Shown: positions 10,000-20,464 of the stretch, one piece after another
Layout: every line of letters begins with the position of its first letter
Position numbering within the stretch: the first letter of the stretch is position 1
NCBI GenBank assembly: GCA_038128265.1
Contig: JAYPJE010000009.1
Coordinates: forward strand, 62,885 to 98,529
Source of the DNA: Gemmatimonadota bacterium
GTDB lineage: Bacteria; Latescibacterota; UBA2968; UBA8231
DNA length: 35,645 nucleotides
Direction: 5' to 3'
The notes under the pieces: generated by a model
The model's input: the letters and a program-made list of their open reading frames with translations, nothing else
What the model was told of the DNA's origin: nothing
Databases searched by the model: none
Program-made: the position numbers and the translations under genes

Positions 10000-12900
10000 T
10001 CAGCGCACCAGCGCGAGCGATCCGACTTTGCTCTGCCCTCCGGCCATTATGCGATAATAATACACCCCCGAAGCAAGCGGCGCGTTCGCTTCGTTGGTAC
10101 CATCCCACAGCACGCCGCCGTCCCCGTCGCGCTCTTCCAACTGACGCAGCAGTTGACCCTGTGCATCGTATATCGCAACGGTGGCCTGCCGGGGCAGAAA
10201 GCCAAACACCAGCACACCGCGACGTGCGATATAGGGATTGGGAAAGGGACCGGCTCGCCGCAAATCAGCGGCGGCAAATAGAAAGCTGGATTCGCCGCGC
10301 ACCGGTAGACCATCTTTGTCCAATAGCCCATCGACTGCAACTCTGTAAGCGCGCCCAAGCGGCCGTAGGGCCGCCGACTCGGAAAGGGTTAATAACACGC
10401 TAGCGCCATCGACGTACACTGATTCTATTGCAATGCCCTCACCCAACGAGAATAGACCGATGTCCTCTGTCTGCCGTATCGATTTGTCAAAATGCAGCAC
10501 AACGCGATGCGCATCCAGCGCCTCAGCGCGCAGCAAGCGGGCACTGTTGGCCTGGGCAACGAGCTCGAATTGCACGGTTTGTTCTGCGAGCAGTCCCCCC
10601 CCTTCGGCCCGCAGCCCCCGAGCAACGAGTGCGAATGCACCGGAGTCGGGCAGGGCCGGTTCAAAGGCCAATACTGCGCGCAGCCCATCCCTGTCAAAAA
10701 CAGCCGAGGAAGGGATGCCAATATCGGGTTCGACCCGGAAGCGAAATGGCTCGCTATCGGCCCGCCGCATCACCTGGCTAAACGCTACCGAGAGATGACG
10801 CGACGACAGGCGCTCCACGCGTTCTATATGCGGCCGAGGCCCGGATACAACGAGGTGCTCGTCGGAGGCCGCCCCCAGCGTGCCGTCGGCGGCTAGGGCA
10901 CGCACCCAGTAGCGCAGCGGCTGCGGCCCATCGGTATCGAGCATGTCGACATACATCATCTCCTCGCTGTCCCCCACGGCAATACCGTCGCGATAGATCC
11001 GGTACCCCACCGCCCCCTCGACCCCCTGCCATTCGATCTGCACGCGGTCGTTAGCCAACGGAAAGGCGTCGATATAGGCCGGGGGATAGAGCTCGTCACT
11101 ACGCCCCTCATACCGCGCAACAACAACCCCATCTTCGCCATTAAAGGCCAGTTCCAAACGACCGTCGCCATCGAGATCCCCAAAAAACGGGCGCTGCGTA
11201 GCCACTGCACGCTGGCGCCACACCGGCTCGTATGTGTCGGCCCTTGGACTAGAAAAAACGTAGACGTCCGGCACGGCAACCAGCGCCCATTCAATTTGTC
11301 CGTCGCCGTCGAGGTCACCCCAGTGAATGCCGCTGCCGGCAAACGAGGCGCCCAGGATGCGATCTTGCCACTCTAGTGCGTATTGATTGTTTCCTGTGGC
11401 ACCATACACCTCAACCTGCCAACCGCGCGCATCAATATCAAATGGATCGTCGTAGAAACGCCCTACGACAAATTCCATCTGACCATCGCCATCCAAATCG
11501 GCCCCGCCGCCCACCGTCCGCGCGTCGCCGTCGCCGTCCAGTTCCCACGTTGGGCGATACGCGCCATCGGCCACGGCCTCAAATACGAAGAGATCACCGT
11601 CGCCATCGCCGCCAATAAGTTCCCCACGGCCGTCGCCGTCCAAGTCACCAACCACCTGCCGCTGTCCCAATTCATTGGTTCCGCCACTAGAGCGATTGAG
11701 CACGGCAACCTCGGCATAGTCGTTATCAGCCTGCGCTTCGTAGACCTGAAAGTAGGATCCCCTTGCCGAGCGCAGCAGGAACTCGTCGCGCCCATCTCCA
11801 TCCAGATCAGCGACTTCTCCCCCCCACACATCGCGCTGTTCCCAGGCCACGTTGCGCGGGAACGCTCCTGCCGAAGGGGCCTCAAATAGGCGCACGCGCT
11901 GCGCATCGACGCCCAGCACATCCAGCAGCCCATCGCCGTCGCCGTCGCCTGCGTGCCAGGGAATATAGAGCTGCAGCGAAGTAAAAATACGCGACGGCAC
12001 CGAGGCATCTACCTGATAGTAGTCAACCGCGTTATACTGCAAGCCGCCGCCGTAGCCCATTTGCACGAGTTCCATAAGCCCATCGCCGTTGGCATCAATC
12101 GCACTCGGTAGCACATAGCCGGCAGGCAGTTCAAACGCGGGGCGCAGAGGCCAGCGTACAATGCCCTCGTTGTGTATTTCAACGCCCTCAAGGCGCTCCC
12201 ACACCTCTCCTTCACCGCCCCATTCGGCGCGCACGGAAATGTCATAGGTGCCCGCCGGCAAGTCGACGGGAAGCACCACGCGCTGACGTCGCCCGCCGGC
12301 TACCCGCTCCTCGTGCACGACGTCTCCCGCGCGCTCTAGGAGCAGCAGTCCCGCGCTTTCCTCTTCCGTCTCCCATTCGACAACCTGACGCCGCGCACCG
12401 GCAAGCAGCACGGATGCGGAGCGCAAATCAACAATGGGCTCCGCAGATCGCCGAACCCACACGCGCGCCCGGTCTTCCAGCCACCGTTGCCCCCAACGCC
12501 CCCGCAGGCGCAGCTGGTACGGCCCCCTCGGCAGGCGCTCCGTAGACCATTGTATCGAGCCGCGGTCCTCCGCATCCACAGCCCCTTCCGCGAGTGCACT
12601 CCAGGTCAGCGGATCGCGACCGGCACCCCATTCAAGCACCCAGTCGTCAACGCCTTCAAGGCGCCACTCGATAGGCACATCGCTACCAACAATGACTCCG
12701 TCCTGAACGGGATTGACCATGCGCACCTGCGGCGGTTCGACCACTTCGAGAGCGGCAAAGTGCGCCAACCCACTTCCGGAATAGCGATCCCACCCCGGCG
12801 CCAGCACGTCGACGGCCGATGCCCGCAGCGCCGCCCGCACCTGTTCGTGGGTCCACTGAGGCCGCCGCCCCAGCAGCAGCGCCGCTAAACCGGTCACGTG

Positions 12901-14043
12901 CGGAGCGGCCATGGATGTGCCGGAGCGCTGGCCATAGCCTCCTCCCGGCAGAAGGCTGGTGACGACATACCCAGGCGCCACGAGATCAATGCTTGGACCA
13001 ACGTTGGAAAACGCCAGCACCTCGCCTCCGGGTGCCGACGCTCCCACTGCTATCGTTTCTGACAGCCGACCGGGAAAGAATACGGCGTCTTCGCCCTCGT
13101 TGCCCGCCGCCGCCACGAGGACGACGCCAGCGTCATGGGCATAGCGCACGGCATCGCGAATGAGGGGTCCTGGACGCGGATCGCCCCAGCTCATATTGAT
13201 TACGTGCGCGCCGTTATCGACTGCGTACAGAATGGCCGCGGCAATATCGTCGTCTTCTAAATACCCGCCGCCCGGCAGATTAAACCCGGCACGCAATACC
13301 ATGATCTGCGCATTAGATGCCACGCCCGCAATGCCGATGCCGTTATCGGCTACAGCCGCAATAATGCCGGCCACGTGCGTGCCGTGCCCGGACTCGTCGC
13401 GCGGATCGCTATCGCGCGTTAGGAAGTCGCCGATGCCCGGTAGGCCAGGGGCATCGCTGAAGTCCCAGCCTACGACATCGTCGATATAGCCATTGCCGTC
13501 GTCGTCGATGCCGGCAACGCCCGCCACTTCGGCGCTATTATGCCAGATGTTTTCCTGTATATCGGGATGTTCGTAGTCGACCCCGGAGTCGATAACTGCG
13601 ACAAGTACGCGATCCCCTTCTGCATCGGAGCGCCAACCAATCTCATCGAGCGCCCACTGTTCCGAACGCAGCGAGTCGAGGCGGGCAGCGGCGTGGCGCC
13701 GCAGCAGGTTGGCCTGCGCCCGTTCCACACCGTGCCAGCGGGTTGCTCTTTGGGCCCAAGCTACGGGGTCGACCTGTGGATCAATGGACACTCGATACCA
13801 GCGCCGCAGAGGATCAACCGCCGCGCGCTTCGCACGATTTTGAACTGGGCTGGCAAAGAGTGCCTCTGGTTCTGTCCGCGCCCCTATAGACCTGAGAAAG
13901 GTAGCGGCATCACCTGCCGACTTGGCCCCCCCAGCACGCAGCTGCAGCAGCACTTCCCCAGGCACTACAGCGCCTTCCTGTGCCCCGAATGCCGCGGCAC
14001 AACTCAGCCAGTAAATGAGCAAAAAAATCGGTTTTGTATGCAT
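10000..14043 (-). CDS. Secreted S8 (subtilisin-like) serine protease with FG-GAP repeats, FN3/Ig-like domains and a FlgD-Ig/T9SS-type C-terminal domain
   Basis: Signal peptide; catalytic triad VAVIDSG / HGTHVAG / GTSMAAPH and oxyanion AAGN; seven DxD/NGDG repeats; C-terminus PNPY..IYDAQGQL..WDGTN..LASGVYYY. Confidence 0.93.
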   Translation of the reverse strand: MHTKPIFLLIYWLSCAAAFGAQEGAVVPGEVLLQLRAGGAKSAGDAATFLRSIGARTEPEALFASPVQNRAKRAAVDPLRRWYRVSIDPQVDPVAWAQRATRWHGVERAQANLLRRHAAARLDSLRSEQWALDEIGWRSDAEGDRVLVAVIDSGVDYEHPDIQENIWHNSAEVAGVAGIDDDGNGYIDDVVGWDFSDAPGLPGIGDFLTRDSDPRDESGHGTHVAGIIAAVADNGIGIAGVASNAQIMVLRAGFNLPGGGYLEDDDIAAAILYAVDNGAHVINMSWGDPRPGPLIRDAVRYAHDAGVVLVAAAGNEGEDAVFFPGRLSETIAVGASAPGGEVLAFSNVGPSIDLVAPGYVVTSLLPGGGYGQRSGTSMAAPHVTGLAALLLGRRPQWTHEQVRAALRASAVDVLAPGWDRYSGSGLAHFAALEVVEPPQVRMVNPVQDGVIVGSDVPIEWRLEGVDDWVLEWGAGRDPLTWSALAEGAVDAEDRGSIQWSTERLPRGPYQLRLRGRWGQRWLEDRARVWVRRSAEPIVDLRSASVLLAGARRQVVEWETEEESAGLLLLERAGDVVHEERVAGGRRQRVVLPVDLPAGTYDISVRAEWGGEGEVWERLEGVEIHNEGIVRWPLRPAFELPAGYVLPSAIDANGDGLMELVQMGYGGGLQYNAVDYYQVDASVPSRIFTSLQLYIPWHAGDGDGDGLLDVLGVDAQRVRLFEAPSAGAFPRNVAWEQRDVWGGEVADLDGDGRDEFLLRSARGSYFQVYEAQADNDYAEVAVLNRSSGGTNELGQRQVVGDLDGDGRGELIGGDGDGDLFVFEAVADGAYRPTWELDGDGDARTVGGGADLDGDGQMEFVVGRFYDDPFDIDARGWQVEVYGATGNNQYALEWQDRILGASFAGSGIHWGDLDGDGQIEWALVAVPDVYVFSSPRADTYEPVWRQRAVATQRPFFGDLDGDGRLELAFNGEDGVVVARYEGRSDELYPPAYIDAFPLANDRVQIEWQGVEGAVGYRIYRDGIAVGDSEEMMYVDMLDTDGPQPLRYWVRALAADGTLGAASDEHLVVSGPRPHIERVERLSSRHLSVAFSQVMRRADSEPFRFRVEPDIGIPSSAVFDRDGLRAVLAFEPALPDSGAFALVARGLRAEGGGLLAEQTVQFELVAQANSARLLRAEALDAHRVVLHFDKSIRQTEDIGLFSLGEGIAIESVYVDGASVLLTLSESAALRPLGRAYRVAVDGLLDKDGLPVRGESSFLFAAADLRRAGPFPNPYIARRGVLVFGFLPRQATVAIYDAQGQLLRQLEERDGDGGVLWDGTNEANAPLASGVYYYRIMAGGQSKVGSLALVR

Positions 14044-14216
14044 GGGAAAGAACTACAGCGATCGCCGGAAGAGCGGCAAGCCCCGCCGGAGCAATGGAAC
14101 AGCACCCATACTGTTTCCCATCGCACCCCGGCAACGCGCAACCCTAGGTCGATGCACCTGACAGAGATGCGCTGAGTGGGATGAGGCCCTAGTGCAATCG
14201 GGCGGTTGATACACCA

Positions 14217-17200
14217 CTATACCAACGCGCGCAGACGCTGTGCCACTTCTTTGCGCACGCGCTCGGCGGCGCGTTCTTTGACCGTTTCGTATCCGCGTAT
14301 TTCGCCCGCCATATCGGCTATGTGCACACAGTCGCTATAATTTTCTTCGCATAAATGCGCCAGCGCCGTCTGTGCCACGTCCCGGTACCACCCAATGAGT
14401 TCGCGCTCGAAACGACGCCCGGGCGACCGGCCAAATGGATCAAACGGCCCGCCGCGCAGCACCTTACCCTTCTTCAGCACATTCAATACGCCGTGAAACC
14501 AGCCGCCCAAAGCAATTTTTTTGCGAAAGAGCCAGCGCAGCGAAGGCGGATGTAGGCGATAGGTTAGTTCGACCGGGCCGGCAAAGAGTCCCTTAAGCTT
14601 TTCGACGTTCCGCGGCGCCGTCGCCAGGCGCGCCACTTCATACTCGTCCTTATAGGCCATCAGGCGATAGAGCTGCTTGCTCACTGCTTGGGCAAATTCA
14701 CCGCTCAAGCCGAGCTCCCGTTCTCGCTCCCACACCGACTCGACAAACTCGACGTACTCGGTGGCATAGGTAGCATGCTGGTAATCGCATAATTCGGCAA
14801 TGCGCACAGCCAGTGCGCGCTTACCCGACGCCGGCCACGCGCCGTTTAGGGTCGCTTCCAGCAGCGCGCTTCCCCGTGCGTTGCCAGCCAGTGCACTGCG
14901 CGCTTCGGCGATGCGCTGCTCGTCGGATGTATTCGCCGAGCCCAGCTCTCTTTCCACGCGCGCGGGATCAGCTACGGCGAGACGGCCCCAGCGAAAAGCG
15001 CGGATATTGTTCTCTACCGCCTTGCCGTTGAGACGTATCGCCTGTTCGATCGAATCGGCCCCAACGGGTATGCACCCGGACTGATAGGCCGCCCCCAGCA
15101 GCAGCATATTGGCGTAGAGGATATCGGCAAAGAGCGCCTCGGCCAGCCAATAGGTATCCATATATACGCTTTCCCCTTTGCGCACATGGCGTTCGATCAA
15201 TGCCGTAAGGCCATCCACTGCGGGAAAAACAACCTGTCGGGGGTTCCGGTTCATTTCCGCCGTTGGAACCTGGGCCGTGCTAACGACCGCGCGCGACACA
15301 TCGGGCGCTACATTGCGCAAATTGCTCGCTTCGGCGGCGCGCAGCAAGTCGAAACCCAAATACAAATCGACCCGTCCGGGAAATAGGTGATTGAATGTGG
15401 GCTGGTCTCCTTGCGAAATGACTATGGGCGCCTCAACCGGCCCTCCTTTTTGCGCTAGCCCCGTGTTGTTCGACAAGTACACGCGCTTGCCCTCCAGCAT
15501 AGCGGCATACGCCAACAGGTGCGAAAGCGTCACGACCCCCGTTCCTCCCCGACCAACTGCCAGAATTGAATAGCCCGACTGGGGCAGACAGGGAGGCGGT
15601 TCGGGTAGATCGTCTACGACCTCGGGTGAGCGCCGCCGCAGGCCCACGCCCCCTTTGTCGCGCACGACCACAAAGGCCGGACATTCGCCGTCAACGCAGA
15701 GTTCGTCCTGGGCGCAGTTGGCCTGACGCACCTGTGTTTTTGGCCCCCACTCGGTCTCGACGCTGTGCAGGGCGGCACAGCCCTCTGACTGTCCGTAGCA
15801 GTCCCCGCACCCCTCGCACACTTCGTCGTTAATCAGCACATACCGATCGGGCTTGATGCCCTGGCGCCGGTTGCGACGCCCGCGCTCGGTTGCACATTCT
15901 TTATCCAATAGAAGGACGGTTGTTCCGGCAGTCTTCTTAAACTGCTCCTGAGCCGATGCTTGATCGGCCAGCGGGTATATCTGCACGCGCTCGCTGCCCA
16001 GCGATGCAAATGCATCATCGCGTGCCGTGACGATACCGACGCGCGCCACGCCTAAGCCGAGCAATTCCTGCACGACGTCGGGAATGCCGCGCACGCCGCC
16101 GGGATTCTGGCCGCCCGTCAGCGCAACGACGCCGTTAAATAGCAGCAAAAAGGTGATATTCACATCGCCCTGAACGCAGCTTTGGATCGCACCGCGGCCG
16201 CTGTGAAAATAGGAACCGTCACCCAGGTATTGGAAGATGTGGCGGTTGCCGTTAAAGGGAGCCCAACCGCTGTATATCGACCCCCCCGCTCCCATCGTCG
16301 GAATGTAGAGCACGCCGTTATCGTAGGCCGGTATCGCGCGAATCGACGAACAGCCAATGGCCCCCCCAGGCTTCTCATCTAACGTGCGAAAGCTGTTGTA
16401 GGGACACCCTCCACAGGACATAGGCGTCACGGTGGGCGTGGCCGAATAGGTGCGCTCCTCGAGCGCGCGCAGTCGCTCCAACGGCGGGCCACTAACGCCC
16501 AGTCGCCCAGCCAGCAGGCGGGCTAACCCCTCTGGGCTCACTTCGCCAAACGAGGGTATAAACGGGGCGCCCTCCCCATCCCACTGCCCCAGCAGTTCTT
16601 CGACCGGAGTGCCCCATAGGGCGGCGCGGATGGCGTCTTCTACAAAGGGGCCCGGCTCCTCGACTAGGTAGATGGAGCGAAGCCCGCGCGCAAAGCGCCG
16701 CACGATGTGCGCATCGAGCGGATAGGGCGCGCGCAGGTGCAATATGGGCAGCCGAACGCCGAGATAGTCCAGCGCCTGGCGCACGTCGGCATAGCTCTTT
16801 CCCGTGGCAATGATACCGACCGCTCCCCCCGCGTCGGCGTCAACGATGCGATTGATGTCGTTTTGGCGAATGTATTCTTCAGCCAGCGGCAGGCGCTCTT
16901 CGACTAGCTGCTGCTGCATGGGCAGAGCGCGCGTGGCCATGACAATCTGATGAAAGGTCTTTTCATATGCGCGCTGCGGCAGCGCGATTTCCGGCCGCAC
17001 ATTCGACAGGTCTACCGTGCTCGCCGCATCGCACACCGGCGTGACCAGTTTGAGCGCCGTCACAACACCGGCGTGGCGCGACAGCGCGACGGCGTGCAGG
17101 CCCAGCTCGATGATTTCGCCAACGCTAGAGGGGTAGAATATGGGCACCATGCAGCTGCGCAATACGCCGTCGCTGGCGCCTGGTGAGACCGAACTCTTTG

Positions 17201-17624
17201 ACTGGTGATCTTCGCCCGTGAGCAGCACCATCGAACCGCGCGCGCTGGTGCCGCTCAGATTGGCCAACCACACTTCGTCGGGCACCCACATCGTGCCGTG
17301 CGCTTTGCCGTACCAAAAGGCATCGACGTCGCCGCATTCGGCAAACTGCGTGCCCAGCATAGCCGAAGCCGCCGTTTTCTCGTTGATGCCGAATTGGTGC
17401 AGGGTGCGACCGCGCTCGTTGAGCACATCCATCTGTTCGACCAGCTTCAGGTCTAGACCGCCCAACGGGGAACCCTCATAGCCACTCACATAGGTTTGGT
17501 TGACCGCGCCGGCCTGGGCATCGCGCCGCTGTTTCTCTACGATCAGGCGCACGATGGCCTCCATACCCGTCAGAAAGACGGTCCCTTCCTCCTTTGCATA
17601 CTTGTCGTCCAGTCTCAGTTCCAC
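14217..17624 (-). CDS. Indolepyruvate:ferredoxin oxidoreductase family protein (fused subunits)
   Basis: SGYEGSPLGG, GINEKTAA, WYGK, CGGCP, TPP motif GDGSYFHSG..N, Fe-S motif CEGCGDC, GRGGTGVVT, TGLAQKGG, LMAYKDEYEVARL; GTG start. Confidence 0.93.
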   Translation of the reverse strand: MELRLDDKYAKEEGTVFLTGMEAIVRLIVEKQRRDAQAGAVNQTYVSGYEGSPLGGLDLKLVEQMDVLNERGRTLHQFGINEKTAASAMLGTQFAECGDVDAFWYGKAHGTMWVPDEVWLANLSGTSARGSMVLLTGEDHQSKSSVSPGASDGVLRSCMVPIFYPSSVGEIIELGLHAVALSRHAGVVTALKLVTPVCDAASTVDLSNVRPEIALPQRAYEKTFHQIVMATRALPMQQQLVEERLPLAEEYIRQNDINRIVDADAGGAVGIIATGKSYADVRQALDYLGVRLPILHLRAPYPLDAHIVRRFARGLRSIYLVEEPGPFVEDAIRAALWGTPVEELLGQWDGEGAPFIPSFGEVSPEGLARLLAGRLGVSGPPLERLRALEERTYSATPTVTPMSCGGCPYNSFRTLDEKPGGAIGCSSIRAIPAYDNGVLYIPTMGAGGSIYSGWAPFNGNRHIFQYLGDGSYFHSGRGAIQSCVQGDVNITFLLLFNGVVALTGGQNPGGVRGIPDVVQELLGLGVARVGIVTARDDAFASLGSERVQIYPLADQASAQEQFKKTAGTTVLLLDKECATERGRRNRRQGIKPDRYVLINDEVCEGCGDCYGQSEGCAALHSVETEWGPKTQVRQANCAQDELCVDGECPAFVVVRDKGGVGLRRRSPEVVDDLPEPPPCLPQSGYSILAVGRGGTGVVTLSHLLAYAAMLEGKRVYLSNNTGLAQKGGPVEAPIVISQGDQPTFNHLFPGRVDLYLGFDLLRAAEASNLRNVAPDVSRAVVSTAQVPTAEMNRNPRQVVFPAVDGLTALIERHVRKGESVYMDTYWLAEALFADILYANMLLLGAAYQSGCIPVGADSIEQAIRLNGKAVENNIRAFRWGRLAVADPARVERELGSANTSDEQRIAEARSALAGNARGSALLEATLNGAWPASGKRALAVRIAELCDYQHATYATEYVEFVESVWERERELGLSGEFAQAVSKQLYRLMAYKDEYEVARLATAPRNVEKLKGLFAGPVELTYRLHPPSLRWLFRKKIALGGWFHGVLNVLKKGKVLRGGPFDPFGRSPGRRFERELIGWYRDVAQTALAHLCEENYSDCVHIADMAGEIRGYETVKERAAERVRKEVAQRLRALV

Positions 17625-17728
17625 CTGCGCTCGACCCCCTGGCGTGCACTGTTTTTTGCTCGGCTGAGTATACGCAGGCCTCTCCTGGCGAGCAAGCCGA
17701 TCAAACAGTATCCCAGCAGAGCACTAAT

Positions 17729-17758
17729 TTGCCCCTCGCCGCCAAATCGCCCTATATT
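17729..17758 (+). promoter_or_regulatory. Possible sigma70 promoter for 17818-18108
   Basis: TTGCCC-N18-TATATT. Confidence 0.35.
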
Positions 17759-17817
17759 TCTATAACGCACTATTCGCTTTCCCTTCTACAGCAAAAACGC
17801 CAAAATCAGGTGAGAAT

Positions 17818-18108
17818 ATGGCCGAAACTATTGACGAACTTACGATTCACTACGAAGAAGATGGGCGTGTCCTGCGCAAAGAGATAGCCAAAGAACCGCT
17901 GAGCAAAGGCTCCTGGGCGACTATAATGTATCTGTACCAGGATCTAGACCGCAAGACGGAAGAGTACGGCCCGCAAAAGATTTCCATTCGCCGCTACCAA
18001 AAGCGCGAAGGCACGTTTATTCAGCGCAGTAAATTCGAGATTTCCAGCGCCAACCAGGCGCGGGCTATCTGCGCCAAAATTCGCGACTGGTTTCCCGAAG
18101 AAGACTGA
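17818..18108 (+). CDS. Small hypothetical protein (96 aa)
   Basis: Clean ORF with natural composition; LSKGSWATIMYLYQD, ISIRRYQK, SKFEISS. Confidence 0.8.
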   Translation: MAETIDELTIHYEEDGRVLRKEIAKEPLSKGSWATIMYLYQDLDRKTEEYGPQKISIRRYQKREGTFIQRSKFEISSANQARAICAKIRDWFPEED

Positions 18109-18188
18109 TCGACCGTCTCTAATCTATCCGCCTAGTGTCCGCTCGCCAGCGCATCCGCGCTCGCGAGGACCTTTCCAAAGATGCTGCC

Positions 18189-19232
18189 ATGCAATCGCAC
18201 CGCGCGGCGATCGTAGGCCTGACCGGTATTGGCGCAGCGCGCCCGGCTGAGCATCCGCTCATAGCCAGCCCGCGCTCCCATGCGGCAGCCTACCATCGCC
18301 ATCCACACACCGAGCTTGTTGCCGTTTGCGATAAAAACCCCGCTGTGCTCGAGCAATTTAGGCAGACGTGGCAAGACGTCTGGCCGCAGCTGGGCTACTA
18401 CGAGGACCATCGGGCCATGCTCGCCGAAGTGGCGCCCGATATGCTCAGCGTCGTTACATCAGACCACGCCCACGCCGACATCGTGGTCGATGGAGCCCAG
18501 GGCTCGCCGGCAGCCATTCTATGCGAAAAGCCCATCGCTACCACACTGGCCGACGCCGACCGCATGATCGCCGCCTGCGAGGAGAGCAATACCCTGCTGT
18601 CCATAGAGCATACCCGGCGCTGGAATCCGGCCTTTGTGCGCGCGCGCCAGTTGATTCGCTCCGGCGAGCTAGGCCCGCTGCGCACCATGGTCGCCGAGAT
18701 GTTTAGCACGCGCGCCATGCTGATGCGCAACGGCATTCACCTCATAGACCTATTCACTTTCTTTGCCGATGGCGACGTGCAGTGGGTGTTCGGCGAACTC
18801 GAAGAAGGCTTTGAAGACTACGGCTCTTACCGGGGCGACGGCGGCCGCGACCCGAAATTGGAACCCTTTGCTTCGAGCTATATCCGCTTTCGCTCTGGCG
18901 TCCGGGCCTTTTTCAACTCCTACAAGACGACGATGCCAGGATGGCAAATGCAGCTTACCTGCGATGGGGGCCGCTTAGAGCTTTCCGATCGCAATGCGCG
19001 GCTCATACGCCCCGCTTCGCACTACGAGTGGAACGAGAGCGATCTCCACACGGGCGATTTTATGTACACCAACCAACTGGGGGCCGTGCACGAACTGGTC
19101 GAGGCACTGGCCGGGCGCGCCGAACTAGTCTGTCCGCCCCGTGAAGCGCGCAAAGCATTGGAAATAACGCTGGCTATTCTGCAGTCGCACGTGCGCGGCC
19201 ACGTCCCCATTGCGCTGCCCCTGACCGATTAG
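18189..19232 (+). CDS. Gfo/Idh/MocA family oxidoreductase
   Basis: [31 protein letters not shown]; probable start ATG 18189. Confidence 0.9.
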   Translation: MQSHRAAIVGLTGIGAARPAEHPLIASPRSHAAAYHRHPHTELVAVCDKNPAVLEQFRQTWQDVWPQLGYYEDHRAMLAEVAPDMLSVVTSDHAHADIVVDGAQGSPAAILCEKPIATTLADADRMIAACEESNTLLSIEHTRRWNPAFVRARQLIRSGELGPLRTMVAEMFSTRAMLMRNGIHLIDLFTFFADGDVQWVFGELEEGFEDYGSYRGDGGRDPKLEPFASSYIRFRSGVRAFFNSYKTTMPGWQMQLTCDGGRLELSDRNARLIRPASHYEWNESDLHTGDFMYTNQLGAVHELVEALAGRAELVCPPREARKALEITLAILQSHVRGHVPIALPLTD

Positions 19233-19282
19233 AGCGCCCGCAGCGAGACTACCCACAGGCAACTCCTAAATACAGGCCGTCC

Positions 19283-20416
19283 ATGACACAGATTGAACGC
19301 AACCCAACCCGCAGCGTGCGCATAGGCCAAACGCACATCGGCTCACAGCACCCCATCGCCGTGCAGAGCATGGCCGCTACGCGGACCCAAGACATCGCCG
19401 CGACCCTGCGCCAAGTCGAGCTTATTGGACAGGCCGGCGCCGACATAATCCGCATCGCCGTCGACAGCCGCAAAGACGTCGAGGCCCTGGCCGAAATTGC
19501 CCAACATACCGACGTGCCGCTCAGCGTCGATCTGCAGGAAAACTACCGGCTCGTCCAGCACGTAGCACCGCACGTGCAGAAAGTGCGCTACAACCCGGGA
19601 CATCTATACCATCACGAAAGGGATAAGAGCATAGCCGACAAGGTCGCTTTTATCGCCGCAGAGGCCGAAAAAAACGACTGCGCGCTGCGCGTGGGCGTCA
19701 ACTGCGGCTCCGTCGATCCGGACAAGGTGGGCTTGTTTCCAGACGACGACTCGATTTCACCCATGCTGGCTTCGGCCCTAGAACACTGCCAGCTGCTCGA
19801 CGATTTGGGCTTTACGCGCTACTGCGTATCCCTCAAAGATTCAGACCCGCAAAACGTAATCGAAGCCAACAGGCGCTTTGCCGCCGAGCGCCCCGATGTA
19901 CCGCTGCACTTGGGCGTTACGGAAGCGGGCATGCCGCCCGAGGGGATAATCAAGACCCGCATCGCCTTTGAACAGCTCATTACAGCGGGGATTGGCGATA
20001 CGATTCGCGTTTCGCTGACGCTGCCCTTTGACGATAAGGGCGAGGAGATTCGCGTAGGCCGCCAAATTCTCGACGATATCTACTCCGGACGCTTTCGCTC
20101 CGTGCCCAAACTCCTCGACGCCGGCCTCAATATCATATCCTGCCCCTCGTGTTCGCGCGTGGAAAACGAAGCCTTTATCGAGCTCGCCCACAAAGTGCGC
20201 GAAGTGACGGAATACGCGAAAGAACACGCCATTACCATTGCCGTGATGGGGTGCCGGGTCAACGGTCCGGGCGAAACGGACGACGCCGACCTCGGCCTGT
20301 GGTGTGCCCCCAACTTCGTCAACCTCAAGCGCGGCCCCGAGCCCATTGGCCAATTTGGCTACGACGAGGTGCTGGACAAGCTGCGCCAGGAAGTCGACCG
20401 CATTATCGCGTCCTGA
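19283..20416 (+). CDS. ispG: (E)-4-hydroxy-3-methylbut-2-enyl-diphosphate synthase
   Basis: [56 protein letters not shown] (4Fe-4S ligands). Confidence 0.97.
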   Translation: MTQIERNPTRSVRIGQTHIGSQHPIAVQSMAATRTQDIAATLRQVELIGQAGADIIRIAVDSRKDVEALAEIAQHTDVPLSVDLQENYRLVQHVAPHVQKVRYNPGHLYHHERDKSIADKVAFIAAEAEKNDCALRVGVNCGSVDPDKVGLFPDDDSISPMLASALEHCQLLDDLGFTRYCVSLKDSDPQNVIEANRRFAAERPDVPLHLGVTEAGMPPEGIIKTRIAFEQLITAGIGDTIRVSLTLPFDDKGEEIRVGRQILDDIYSGRFRSVPKLLDAGLNIISCPSCSRVENEAFIELAHKVREVTEYAKEHAITIAVMGCRVNGPGETDDADLGLWCAPNFVNLKRGPEPIGQFGYDEVLDKLRQEVDRIIAS

Positions 20417-20464
20417 ACCTCCGGGCCTGAGTGCCCTCCAGATCCGCCTTCCGAAAGGAATACC

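Noticed and set aside
11150..12090. Recurrent GCCGTCGCC-like DNA repeats as a CRISPR or tandem array
   Set aside because: They are codons for DGDG motifs of the FG-GAP repeats, irregularly spaced and degenerate.
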